Shown piece after piece: positions 40,989 to 51,052 of a stretch of 64,000 nucleotides of DNA (position 1 is the first letter of the stretch; each line of letters starts with the position of its first letter). This DNA is from Ignisphaera sp. (lineage in GTDB: Archaea > Thermoproteota > Thermoprotei_A > Sulfolobales > Ignisphaeraceae), in NCBI GenBank assembly GCA_038821645.1, contig JAWBDT010000001.1, forward strand, positions 1-64,000. The letters are read 5' to 3'. The notes beneath the pieces are model-generated. The model searched no databases. It was given only the letters and a program-made list of their open reading frames with translations, and was not told the DNA's origin. The position numbers and the translations under genes were made by a program.

Positions 40989-41783
40989 CTAGCGATTTCT
41001 TTTCATTTCTTCATAAGTAACTATACCTATGGCTACAGCTAGCACTATAAGTATCAAGAAGTAAGCCATTCCACTCCATGTATATATAGGTTTGTTCCAA
41101 AGATAGAAAGGTGAAGGAAAATCCCATGTGAAAAATCTTTCATTAGCAACTTCAGCAACTAGGTTTATCCATATATAGTTGGCTATAAGCATCACTATAT
41201 ATAGCTCTAGAACCAAGAGTATCCAGAAAACAGATCTTCTGGCTCTATTCATGTTCTTTATCTTCTCTATCTTTGTTAAAGCTGTTCTAGCTATAAAGAC
41301 AAGAGTTATTATAAAACTGAGAAAAGCTGTAGCTATATACATCAAGTCTCCCCAGACTAGATAGAGAGCTGTATCAGGTTTTGGATCTACTCTATCTACA
41401 CCCCTTATATTGGCTCTAAATATCTCGTACCAAATCCAGTTAGCAAGAAGAAGAACTGTGTACAGAGTTACAGCTATCACGAACCTAGACTTCGGCATAC
41501 CCAAAGCTTTAGCTAGAAGTACTGTAAACACTAATAGAACTGTGTAGGATGAGAACACTATAACAGATATAACCAGATCTATCCAGAACCATGAAGGTGC
41601 ATAAAATATGTAGAGAATAGATGGAACAAGTCTCTCCATATGAAGCCTCCAATCTATATTAAGTTTATAGATCTCCCACCACCAAACACATCCTGAAATA
41701 ATAAGCATATGTGTAAACAAAGCTATAGATAAACCAATAAGGATATCTCTAACACTAACACCATCAGGAACACTATTCCCCAT
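40989..41783 (-). CDS. Trp-rich integral membrane protein
   Basis: About 6 TM with many Trp residues and an apparent internal duplication ('LLLANWIW'/'MLIANYIW'). Confidence 0.6.
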   Translation of the reverse strand: MGNSVPDGVSVRDILIGLSIALFTHMLIISGCVWWWEIYKLNIDWRLHMERLVPSILYIFYAPSWFWIDLVISVIVFSSYTVLLVFTVLLAKALGMPKSRFVIAVTLYTVLLLANWIWYEIFRANIRGVDRVDPKPDTALYLVWGDLMYIATAFLSFIITLVFIARTALTKIEKIKNMNRARRSVFWILLVLELYIVMLIANYIWINLVAEVANERFFTWDFPSPFYLWNKPIYTWSGMAYFLILIVLAVAIGIVTYEEMKRNR

Positions 41784-41988
41784 ATCTCTTAACCATATTA
41801 CCTATGTTTATGATCTAAATTAAATTTAGAGAGGCTATGCCTCTGATGATCGACTACATAGAATTGACTTAGAAACAAGTACTACACTCTACATGTAGTG
41901 TAAGTTATTTCGCTTAGTAGTCTATCCATAAGGCTCTTAAACTTAAGTACCTTCTAGGGATTGAGAGATATGATCTAGGTGTTTATTT

Positions 41989-42942
41989 ATGGATCTAGAT
42001 AAGGCTTCAGAAATAGCTAATGAGATAATAAAGTCTATATCTAGAGTAGTTGTGGGTAAAACAGTTCTATTGAAACATATACTATCAACACTTATTGCTG
42101 GTGGTCATGTGCTTATAGAGGGTCCACCTGGAACAGCAAAAACTTTGATAGCAAAGTGTATTGCTAAAGCTATTGGGGGTGTATTTACTCGTGTTCAAGG
42201 TAATCCAGATATATTGCCCACGGATCTAACTGGTTATTATATCTATGCTCTTGATGGAACTAGAAGATTTGTGAAAGGTCCTGTATTCACTAATATACTA
42301 ATGTTCGATGAACTTAATAGAACGCCTACACGTGTACAATCAGCTCTTCTTCAAGCTATGGCTGAATTCCAGGTTACTGTAGATGGTGTTGTACATGATC
42401 TTATGAAACCGTTTCACGTTATAGCTACCGAGATTCCGATAGTGGAAGAGGTAGGGGTATATCCTCTAGCTCTCACTCTTCGAGATAGATTTTGGATTAG
42501 ATGTGTATCGCCATACAATCCTGTAGAAGAAGAGATTGAAATGGTTAAAAAAGCTGATCAGCTGTATACTGTAGATGTTTCTGGTGTGGATAAAGTTGTT
42601 GGTATAGAAGAATATGTAGAGCTACAAACCTTTGTTTCTAGAGGTATATACGTAGATGAGAGAATAATCAGATACATAGCCGAGATAGCTAACTATATCA
42701 GAAACCACAAGTACAACAAACTTGGGTTAAGCCATAGAGGATCTATATACCTCTATAGAGTAGCAAAAGCTTTAGCACTTATGGATAAAAGAGACTATGT
42801 TATTCCAGACGACATAAAGGAGGTGGCTGTAGAAGTTCTTTCACATAGAATTATTTTATCTGAGGAAGCTGTAGCAGAAGGTGTGAAACCTGAAGACATA
42901 GTTAAAGAAGCTCTACAGAAAGTTGAGGTTCCTAAAGAATGA
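41989..42942 (+). CDS. moxR: MoxR-family AAA+ ATPase
   Basis: 'GHVLIEGPPGTAKT', 'RVQGNPDILPTDLTG', 'DELNR', 'DRF', 'PDD'. Confidence 0.95.
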   Translation: MDLDKASEIANEIIKSISRVVVGKTVLLKHILSTLIAGGHVLIEGPPGTAKTLIAKCIAKAIGGVFTRVQGNPDILPTDLTGYYIYALDGTRRFVKGPVFTNILMFDELNRTPTRVQSALLQAMAEFQVTVDGVVHDLMKPFHVIATEIPIVEEVGVYPLALTLRDRFWIRCVSPYNPVEEEIEMVKKADQLYTVDVSGVDKVVGIEEYVELQTFVSRGIYVDERIIRYIAEIANYIRNHKYNKLGLSHRGSIYLYRVAKALALMDKRDYVIPDDIKEVAVEVLSHRIILSEEAVAEGVKPEDIVKEALQKVEVPKE

Positions 42943-42977
42943 AGTTATAGTTCTCTATATAGGTATGAGGCATAGAG

Positions 42978-43670
42978 ATGTTCACTATGGAGAACAGATA
43001 TATTATTGTAGGCCTAGCTATTATCTCTGTATCCTCTCTATTCATTATCTATGGGGTATTGACCAACAACGACAGAGTTATGGGAGTATCGCTTTCCATA
43101 CTAGTCGTAGGTGTTGTGTCAACAGCAGTTGGTATAACGTACAGAGAGCCATTAGGAGAAATGTTGGAGCACTATATCCATGATCTAGATCTATTCTATT
43201 CATCAATTCTAGAGGATGTAGGTATTGTGGGTAGTCACAAGATTAAGTTATGTCTAGAGGATAGGGTTATAGTATTTTCAGAAAGGATAATACCGTGTAG
43301 AAACATATCAGTAGGTGTAAATATGATTAATAGAGTTCCCTATATAGCTCTACCGATTACAAACATACTTGATTACATATCGAAAGTTGTTGGTGAATCT
43401 AGTGATGTAGTTGATGGATTTAGAAAGTTATTCGTAGATACATCGTACTTGTGTAGAGAAATATCTGTAACTAAGGAAAACAATATTATATCTATAGAGT
43501 TAAGTAAATTATCAGAAAAAGCTCTAGAGATGATGAAGACACCAGTAAACGTTATCAGAGTATATGTACTCACATTATTGGTACACCATTTTAGGAACGA
43601 TGTAGAGATAGTTGATGAAATTGTTACAGCTGAGAGCTATAAAATTATTGCAAAGATTTTAGGTGAATGA
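42978..43670 (+). CDS. membrane protein (2 N-terminal TM + soluble domain)
   Basis: Hydrophobic hairpin at the N-terminus; operon context. Confidence 0.6.
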   Translation: MFTMENRYIIVGLAIISVSSLFIIYGVLTNNDRVMGVSLSILVVGVVSTAVGITYREPLGEMLEHYIHDLDLFYSSILEDVGIVGSHKIKLCLEDRVIVFSERIIPCRNISVGVNMINRVPYIALPITNILDYISKVVGESSDVVDGFRKLFVDTSYLCREISVTKENNIISIELSKLSEKALEMMKTPVNVIRVYVLTLLVHHFRNDVEIVDEIVTAESYKIIAKILGE

Positions 43671-43923
43671 TGTGAATAGAGTTATAGTAAGTCTAATTGT
43701 TTATGTTCTCCTTACATCAATACTAACGATATTTCTTGTACTTGTCGGAGAATCTAGACCAGATGCCTATCTATCTGTTGCTATACTGATTTACTTCATA
43801 TTCACAGCTATAGATAATTCGATAAGGAGTAGAGCAAAAACGTTAGCTGTAGATATAGCGTTATTAATGGTGTTCACAGCTATAGTACTCTTTAGGATAC
43901 TAATGGTTTTAGAGATTATATAG
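43663..43923 (+). CDS. small 3-TM membrane protein
   Basis: 'GESRPDAYLSVAILIYF'; overlaps the upstream stop. Confidence 0.65.
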   Translation: MNDVNRVIVSLIVYVLLTSILTIFLVLVGESRPDAYLSVAILIYFIFTAIDNSIRSRAKTLAVDIALLMVFTAIVLFRILMVLEII

Positions 43924-43984
43924 TGATCCACATAGATCTCCGTATATACTTAAATAATTTATTAATGAGCTTAAGCATAGAGGG

Positions 43985-45877
43985 TTGATTAAAATACAGA
44001 TGAGATCTAGAAAAAGAACAGCTAGGTATATCGCAATAATTTATACAGTTCTTCAGGTAGCTCTACTTCTAACACACATTAGCTATATTTATACACAATC
44101 TATAGAGTCTTTAAGTATAGATCCTGCTCCACTCTTTAAATTACTTCAAGATACTCTGTACAGTATATTGAGTAGCGAATACGGAAGAGCTGAAGCTTTA
44201 TGTAGAGAAGCATTAGCATTATCTTTACCAATAGATATATATAGCATGCATAGAAAGACATATACCACATTAATGAACATTATAGATATTCTTACCGATA
44301 TAGAGACAATGAAGTCAAAAGAATCAATAAATCAAACAAAACTATTAGACACTATATATAGACTCGAGATGATCAGATCAGATCTAGAAACCACTATAAC
44401 AAACTATATCAATAAGCTTTCGAATATGTTCATAGATCAGGCACTTAGATACATAATGACCAGAAACACCATGGATATTATAGCTAATCTGGATACTAGA
44501 TTGAGAGCAACCATAATGGATATTACTCAACTTTATCTACGTAGTGAATATGGTGAAGAGCTGTATATACATATAAATCACCCAGATATTGTTGAAGGTG
44601 GTAGTAGGTATACTGTGAACATATCTATAGTTACTAGAGCTCTTGTAGAGAATATAAACTTGACATTGATATCAATATACGGAGGTATTGTAAGTAGAGA
44701 GATATCAGAGATAATACCGGTAAACAGATTGATAGCTATAGAAATAGTTGCACCATCAGCTGAAGAGCTTCTGGCTAGAGGTGTAAATCCTTTAACGATT
44801 AAAGATGCTATTTTAATGGTTATAGCTAGAGCATCAGTAAAGAATAAGACTATAGGTGGCTACAAATTAGCTAATCTTTCAATAGTATATCAACGCCCAA
44901 ACATACAGTTTATAGTACCAAACTATGTTTATCCAGATCAAGTGATAGATCTGCAAATAATATCTGGTGCCGATATTCCTTTAAACCTCTCGATATATCT
45001 CGATAGAATATCTAGTGACACATTCATTACAAATACAACTATAGATGTGGGGGAGAACAGGCTTTCTATAAAGATTCAGAATCTCTCTATAGGATACCAT
45101 AGATTTATATTCGTAACAGAAGCTAGAGGAAAATACATACCTCTAGTACATAGTTCAATTTTCGCTGTTGTTAAGCATAGGGTATCGATTATTGCAGACA
45201 TCAGCGAATTCAGCATAATACCTTTGACAAAACCCTTAATTAATCTGTACGTAGATTCACCAACTCTCTATAGTGTTAATATATATTTAGATGGTAAACT
45301 TATGGCAAGCTACAGACATATAGATAAACCTAGATTCTCTATCTCTATAGATATACCTCCAACAATTCTTTTCTGGAGATACAGCATATATATTGAGGTT
45401 AAACCTGAGGATCTTAACTACATACCCACAAGTGTTGAAGGATACATATACATAGTTAATTTACCAGTAACTGCTCTAACAGTACTTGTACTAGGGATAG
45501 CCTTGACATCGCCTTCGAGCTCGAGATATATCGCTATATCGCTGAGAACTCTTGGTTCAAGTGTAATAAAGGCTATCTCTAGATATGGTGAAGAGACAAT
45601 AGTAATCGATATAGTTAGACCTAGATTCAGAAGAACTAAGTTAGGTAATCTCTATAGAGTATTCATAACATTGATATCTAGATATATAGAACCTCCAAAA
45701 AGTTCAGAAACTCTTAGAGAGTTCTACACAAGATTTGATAAAACTGTTGTAAAACCTATAAAGAGTTTTGTTAAAAAGTTTCTAGATATCTATGAAGAGG
45801 ATCTATATTCAAACCACGATTTAGATGTATCTGAAGCTGAAAAAATTATCAAAAGGTTAAAAGATCTTGAAGATTGA
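43985..45877 (+). CDS. large exported protein with helical and Ig-like regions, TM and DUF4129-like C-terminus
   Basis: Signal-like N-terminus, many NxS/T sequons, TM near aa 490-510, 'SETLREF...YEEDLYS'. Confidence 0.7.
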   Translation: MIKIQMRSRKRTARYIAIIYTVLQVALLLTHISYIYTQSIESLSIDPAPLFKLLQDTLYSILSSEYGRAEALCREALALSLPIDIYSMHRKTYTTLMNIIDILTDIETMKSKESINQTKLLDTIYRLEMIRSDLETTITNYINKLSNMFIDQALRYIMTRNTMDIIANLDTRLRATIMDITQLYLRSEYGEELYIHINHPDIVEGGSRYTVNISIVTRALVENINLTLISIYGGIVSREISEIIPVNRLIAIEIVAPSAEELLARGVNPLTIKDAILMVIARASVKNKTIGGYKLANLSIVYQRPNIQFIVPNYVYPDQVIDLQIISGADIPLNLSIYLDRISSDTFITNTTIDVGENRLSIKIQNLSIGYHRFIFVTEARGKYIPLVHSSIFAVVKHRVSIIADISEFSIIPLTKPLINLYVDSPTLYSVNIYLDGKLMASYRHIDKPRFSISIDIPPTILFWRYSIYIEVKPEDLNYIPTSVEGYIYIVNLPVTALTVLVLGIALTSPSSSRYIAISLRTLGSSVIKAISRYGEETIVIDIVRPRFRRTKLGNLYRVFITLISRYIEPPKSSETLREFYTRFDKTVVKPIKSFVKKFLDIYEEDLYSNHDLDVSEAEKIIKRLKDLED

Positions 45878-46763
45878 TAGAGAAGCTCTACTGATCATAG
45901 TTCTATCAATTCTAGTGACATCAATATCTATAATCATGAACATGCCTTCCACAACTCCATACAGTCCATATAACACGTATGGTGATGGATATTCAGAACT
46001 TCTATCTATTGCAGATAGAGCTATCGTAGTTAAGGGCATCAAAAATATTGAAAATAATTCTGTAGTGGTTCTACCTATAGCTAGAGGTATGGATAGAGCT
46101 AGATATGAATGGATTAAAGATGTATTGAATAGAGGTAACATTGTGGTTATCCTTGATGAGGTTGGCTACGTTAATGAGTTTATGGATTTTATAGGTATAA
46201 GAGCTAGAATTGAGAATACAAAAATACTTGATGAGGTAAATAAACTAAACTCAAGAGTATATCCATTAATAGCTCTAGAAATCAAAATCAATGATAGTGT
46301 GTATAGATACAAGGTAGCTATGTACAGACCATCACATATAGTTATAGATAATTCAACTAGTATATTTTCTAAAGGTACAACATCAGCATACGCTTATGCT
46401 GACATAGATAGTAATAACTATTATTCTCTAGGCGAAGAAATGGGTGTATATGTAACAATATGTTCTTTTAAAGTAGGTAAAGGAGAACTATGGCTTATAT
46501 CTGATCTAGATTTATTTAGTAACAAAATGATCGATATAGAGAATGTAGATAACAGAAAGTTTCTAGAGACATTGGTAAAGTTCAAGATGATGTATATAGT
46601 TATTGATTACCTGGAGTTGAACTCTATAGACATTATCAAGTATGGTTATAACGCTATAATTCCTCTAAATTTACCTAAAAAACATATCTCTATAGGGTTG
46701 TCTATATACGTACTTCTTTTATCTATATTGGTAGTGATGCGTTATGCAGAAAGAAGAGGCTAA
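45867..46763 (+). CDS. DUF4350-family protein
   Basis: 'PYSPYN.YGDGYSEL', 'GKGELWLISD.DLFSN.MI...NRKFL'. Confidence 0.8.
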   Translation: MKIDREALLIIVLSILVTSISIIMNMPSTTPYSPYNTYGDGYSELLSIADRAIVVKGIKNIENNSVVVLPIARGMDRARYEWIKDVLNRGNIVVILDEVGYVNEFMDFIGIRARIENTKILDEVNKLNSRVYPLIALEIKINDSVYRYKVAMYRPSHIVIDNSTSIFSKGTTSAYAYADIDSNNYYSLGEEMGVYVTICSFKVGKGELWLISDLDLFSNKMIDIENVDNRKFLETLVKFKMMYIVIDYLELNSIDIIKYGYNAIIPLNLPKKHISIGLSIYVLLLSILVVMRYAERRG

Positions 46764-48414
46764 GCTTTATCAAGTTATAGACAGCTTTATTGTGCTCTAT
46801 ACTGTAGTATCTATACTTTATCTCACACTCGATTTAGGCACATACTTCATATCTATACCTTTGGTACCTATAGCTATATTTTTGGCTTATAGAAGGTTCA
46901 GATATCTCTTACCTATCTCTATATATGTAGCATTAATCTTTATGTCTATAGTAGATCATCAAGGAATATACTTATCGCTACCTCTAGCTATAGCTACACC
47001 CTTCTTGATGAGGACACCTGGTGCTGGAAAAAGAGGTTTACTAGGTCCTTCATCTGTTACTGTAGCTAGATATTCTCTTGTATCGCTATTTGCGGTCTTT
47101 ATATACCCTCAAGTATCTATACCTATAGTTGTTGTTATATTGTCTACCTTTGGCTATATGTTCTATGGCTATGTAATTCTTTCAAAAGCTTACGTCAAAA
47201 TTTTAACGTTGTCAGACACTGTTCCTATGGATAGAAAAGCTTCTATATCTATAGAAGTCTATACACCTATCAAATCATACATGATTATCGATCATAGCTT
47301 TGGCAGCAATGCATATGTTGTTAAAGGTAGATCGATAATATATCTCGAGTTTCCAGCTAAACATATTGGTAAAAATGTTGTAGATATATCTGTTTATTTT
47401 TTTGATGAGCTTGGGTTTGCAGGTAGGCACATAGCTAAATACAGTATAGAATATAAAGTCATTCCCATGGTTCAATACATTGTTGAAGCTGTAGAAAAAA
47501 CATTTCTAAGGGTTCAAGATCTAGAGAGACTCTTATCTGATGTAGAGATATCTGTATACAGTTTAGATCTAGGAGCTATAGCAGTATCTATGAGTAGTAG
47601 AAAAGCTATGGATATTATTCGTGAGTACATACATAGAGTTAGACTATATCCCTATGCTCTAAAGATCGTTGAAAGATTTGCATCAGTTCTAGAAGAGTTA
47701 TCACGTATGGTTGTTAGAGGTGATGATATTTTTAGAAGAAGTAGATGGGGCGAGTATATAGGTATTAGATACTATACAGCAGGAGATTCAATTAAACATA
47801 TACACTGGAAGAAATCAATAAGCATAGGCATCATGATTGTTAAAGAATTTGGATCATCAGCTTATGAGAGGATATACAATGTTGCTGAAGAAGGACTTGA
47901 ACCTATTATTATAACAGATCTATATGCTTCTAATGTTCTTGAACTCGACAGAATAGCGTTTAATTTAATTAAACTTTGTCTAGATATATTCAAGAGATCT
48001 CCTACAAGTAAGTGTACAGTTATTCTCGTAGTAGGAGATATTGTGATAAGTTTGAGGGGAAGAGTAGTAGATATTCTGTATAGACTGTATCGTACATTCA
48101 AGGGACTATCTATACAAACTCTATTCAATTACACCTCGATACGTAAAGTAGATGAAAAGTATGTTGAAGAGATTCTCGAGCTAGATAAAAAACCTAGGAT
48201 ATTCTCTATATACGTTTTAAGCAATACTATGTATGCTGATAAACTTGCAGAAGTTATACTTAGAGAAGGATGTATACCACCAAAACCCTTTACAGCTATA
48301 TACAGTAGATCACTAGAGCTTAGATACGCTATAGCTAAATATATTCTCAGTAGATATGGATACATATATACACCTTTAGAGTTAGTACCAGAAGTAGTTA
48401 TGCGGAAGAGATAA
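46744..48414 (+). CDS. membrane-bound DUF58-domain protein
   Basis: 'GEYIGIRYYTAGDSIKHIHWKKS...IVKEF'; N-terminal TMs. Confidence 0.82.
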   Translation: MQKEEAKLYQVIDSFIVLYTVVSILYLTLDLGTYFISIPLVPIAIFLAYRRFRYLLPISIYVALIFMSIVDHQGIYLSLPLAIATPFLMRTPGAGKRGLLGPSSVTVARYSLVSLFAVFIYPQVSIPIVVVILSTFGYMFYGYVILSKAYVKILTLSDTVPMDRKASISIEVYTPIKSYMIIDHSFGSNAYVVKGRSIIYLEFPAKHIGKNVVDISVYFFDELGFAGRHIAKYSIEYKVIPMVQYIVEAVEKTFLRVQDLERLLSDVEISVYSLDLGAIAVSMSSRKAMDIIREYIHRVRLYPYALKIVERFASVLEELSRMVVRGDDIFRRSRWGEYIGIRYYTAGDSIKHIHWKKSISIGIMIVKEFGSSAYERIYNVAEEGLEPIIITDLYASNVLELDRIAFNLIKLCLDIFKRSPTSKCTVILVVGDIVISLRGRVVDILYRLYRTFKGLSIQTLFNYTSIRKVDEKYVEEILELDKKPRIFSIYVLSNTMYADKLAEVILREGCIPPKPFTAIYSRSLELRYAIAKYILSRYGYIYTPLELVPEVVMRKR

Positions 48415-48426
48415 GGATAGAGACCT

Positions 48427-50073
48427 ATGGATAGCGATAGACTCTACAAAATTGTTGTACTTATTCTTGTAGCTATAGCTCTAGCAACAACACTCTATAT
48501 GGCTTACAGAGACTACCTATATGCATACATAAGATTGATGTTTACAGAAGACTATAGCTATCTAGTTGTTGCACTACCTATAGCCATAGGCGTTTTTCTG
48601 AAGTTGGTGTTAGATAGATTCAGTATTGAAGGTATAAACGTGTTTAGAGCTGTATCATCAATTATGTTTCTATCAACAGCTATAACATTCTACGTAATTG
48701 GGGAAGCAGTAACGGAAGTGCATATTGAGCTAAAGACGCTCTCTATAGTGTTTCTCTTATGGTCTTTTCTAGCTCTTTTTCTAAGATCTAGAAAATTGGT
48801 GATGGGAATTCTATCAATGATGTTGCTACTAGTACTTGTACCAATACCTAGACCTATTATGGATGGTTTATCATCTTTTTTCACAGATATTGTAGCAAGA
48901 ACTGTGGCCCATATCACTTCTGCAAAACTTATAGAATCTAATGGAATGATAGTGCTTATCACAAAAGATCCAACTGGAATAGAAAGATCATTTGAGATAG
49001 CTCCAATATGTAGCGGTATAGTTTCGTTTCTATCATTACTCTCTATAGCGCCATTAGTCATATACCTATCCTCAACGTCTAGTGCATCTATTAGAAAGAG
49101 AGCTATGTATACTACTCTCTCTATTGTTTCTGCTATCCTCATAGTCTTTATAGGGAATATCTCTAGACTTGTCCTTATAATTGTAGTAACAAGGACTATA
49201 GGTTTTGAGAAAGCTCTAAAATTCTTCCATTACACACCATCTATTCTATATGTAGTTATAGCTACAGCTTTATCGCTATACATAATTTCGAAACTATCTA
49301 GACAGAAAGCTGTAGTGAAGCCGTACACAGTTAGCTATATAAAGCCGTCTATAGCTTTCTCAGGATCCATAGCCTTTCTTCTATTCATAGCCATAGTATT
49401 TAACGTACTAGCTCCAATGGCTTCAACAGTAACTTTAGCACAAACAACACCTTCTGTGATTAGTTTACCTAAACTTCTAGAAAACCCCACTACTATTGTA
49501 CTAAATTCCACAGATATATTTCTATTTAAAGATGTACCTGAACCCAGACTTGGAACAGTATTAGGTATACCGATAATAAGGAGTATAGCATTCATGTACA
49601 ACAACACGTTATTCTTAGGCTATATAGAGGTTGCTGATGTACCTACAAAATTCCATGGATGGTATGTATGTGTAACACTACAAGGATATAGAATTCATAG
49701 ATCTTGGACAGAACTAGGTAATATTACGATAAACCATATGCTGATATCCAAATCAGGCAATATGATGCTGCTTAGCTACACAATCTACAGGTATATTCTT
49801 CAGGAAGGAACTACATACATAAGGTTATCAATAATGACACCGGTATCTGACGACTATTCGGAACAAGTGCAGATGGCTAGAGATATTCTAGGTAATGTTA
49901 GATCTATTGAGATACCTAGATCGAGAACCACCTATGTACTAGATTTATCGATGACCATAACAAACATTAGTGTTGTCATAGGGTTCGCGCTTCTGATCTT
50001 ACACCATCTTGGTAAATATCTACAAAAGCTATATATTCGTAGACCTCGTGAGAAAGAAGGTTTGAATCTATAG
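48427..50073 (+). CDS. exosortase/archaeosortase-family transpeptidase with EpsI-like C-terminal domain
   Basis: Catalytic triad motifs 'EIAPICSG' (Cys), 'GNISRL' (Arg), 'FFHY' (His); 'VPIP'; 'FHGWYVCVTLQGY' resembles the EpsI HxxxxC motif. Confidence 0.85.
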   Translation: MDSDRLYKIVVLILVAIALATTLYMAYRDYLYAYIRLMFTEDYSYLVVALPIAIGVFLKLVLDRFSIEGINVFRAVSSIMFLSTAITFYVIGEAVTEVHIELKTLSIVFLLWSFLALFLRSRKLVMGILSMMLLLVLVPIPRPIMDGLSSFFTDIVARTVAHITSAKLIESNGMIVLITKDPTGIERSFEIAPICSGIVSFLSLLSIAPLVIYLSSTSSASIRKRAMYTTLSIVSAILIVFIGNISRLVLIIVVTRTIGFEKALKFFHYTPSILYVVIATALSLYIISKLSRQKAVVKPYTVSYIKPSIAFSGSIAFLLFIAIVFNVLAPMASTVTLAQTTPSVISLPKLLENPTTIVLNSTDIFLFKDVPEPRLGTVLGIPIIRSIAFMYNNTLFLGYIEVADVPTKFHGWYVCVTLQGYRIHRSWTELGNITINHMLISKSGNMMLLSYTIYRYILQEGTTYIRLSIMTPVSDDYSEQVQMARDILGNVRSIEIPRSRTTYVLDLSMTITNISVVIGFALLILHHLGKYLQKLYIRRPREKEGLNL

Positions 50074-50103
50074 ATTCATTATATTGGTTTTGGTGAATGT
50101 ATA

Positions 50104-50562
50104 TTGTGTATAGATTCATCATTAATTAAGTCGAGAAGCATGGTTATGGCACTAATGGTATTAGTTCTTGCTATTTCTATCTCCGGTAGTTGTATCTCTA
50201 CATACTCGGATAGCGGTATATTTGAAGAATTCTTAAAGCTCTATATCGAGGTAGCTGATCTAGCTAGAAAAGGTATTGATGTTTCATATATAGTTTGTAA
50301 GCTTAAGGAGGTTCATGAAGCTATACAGAACAATAGAACAGAATATGCCAAGCTTTTGCTCTTAAACTTAAGTACAGAAGTTGAGTATCTTAGGGAAAGA
50401 GCACCTACTATCGTTATGTACAAGAATATTGCTAAAATGTCTATGGTTGTAGCTATAGCTTCTATACCCCTAATTCTCTATATAGTGTTTCCCAGATTGT
50501 ACATCTATGTATGGTTTAAAGCTAGAAGAAGATGGGTGGTTAAAACTGAATCTACTAGATGA
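50104..50562 (+). CDS. small exported protein with C-terminal TM and basic tail
   Basis: Signal-like N-terminus, helical core, 'ASIPLILYIVFPRLYIYVWFKARRR'. Confidence 0.65.
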   Translation: MCIDSSLIKSRSMVMALMVLVLAISISGSCISTYSDSGIFEEFLKLYIEVADLARKGIDVSYIVCKLKEVHEAIQNNRTEYAKLLLLNLSTEVEYLRERAPTIVMYKNIAKMSMVVAIASIPLILYIVFPRLYIYVWFKARRRWVVKTESTR

Positions 50563-51052
50563 AGAAGTTTTAGCAGTTATTCTAGCTATAACTGTTGTGG
50601 GTTCAGCTATAGCTATAGCACAGGTATTGAGACCAGAGATAGTGGAACCGTTTCAAGCTCTTGGTATACTAAATGAGGAGATGAAGATAGGTGAGTATCC
50701 AACAAAAGTTTATCCAGGTCAGAATCTAGAGCTTTATGTATATGTATATAATCATAAAGCTTATCCAGCACTAGTGCAGGTAAGGTATAAGATAGGAAAT
50801 AGAGAAACATTACCAACAAATACTTCACCAAGTTCTCAACCTACGATAAAGGTATACGAATTTCTTGTTGATGTTAAAGAGAATGTGACTAAAAAGGTGG
50901 AGATACCGATAACTATTGATAGAAATACTGATGTAGATGAAATAGCGTTAATCTTTGAGCTATGGGTATATGATATAGATAGAAAGGAATGGGTGTACAC
51001 AGGTATTTGGAACCACCTATATGTAAGGATAGTTAAGGTGCAAATACCATGA
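50507..51052 (+). CDS. DUF1616 soluble (C-terminal-type) domain protein
   Basis: TM followed by 'EPFQALGILN...IGEYPTKV.PG...VYVYNH'; true start uncertain. Confidence 0.75.
   Translation: MYGLKLEEDGWLKLNLLDEEVLAVILAITVVGSAIAIAQVLRPEIVEPFQALGILNEEMKIGEYPTKVYPGQNLELYVYVYNHKAYPALVQVRYKIGNRETLPTNTSPSSQPTIKVYEFLVDVKENVTKKVEIPITIDRNTDVDEIALIFELWVYDIDRKEWVYTGIWNHLYVRIVKVQIP

Noticed and set aside
41845-41922. Nested short inverted repeats (GACTAC/GTAGTC, ACTACA/TGTAGT) and a TGATGA, considered as an H/ACA or C/D guide RNA
   Set aside because: The stems are short and AU-rich, and there is no properly placed ACA or CTGA box.
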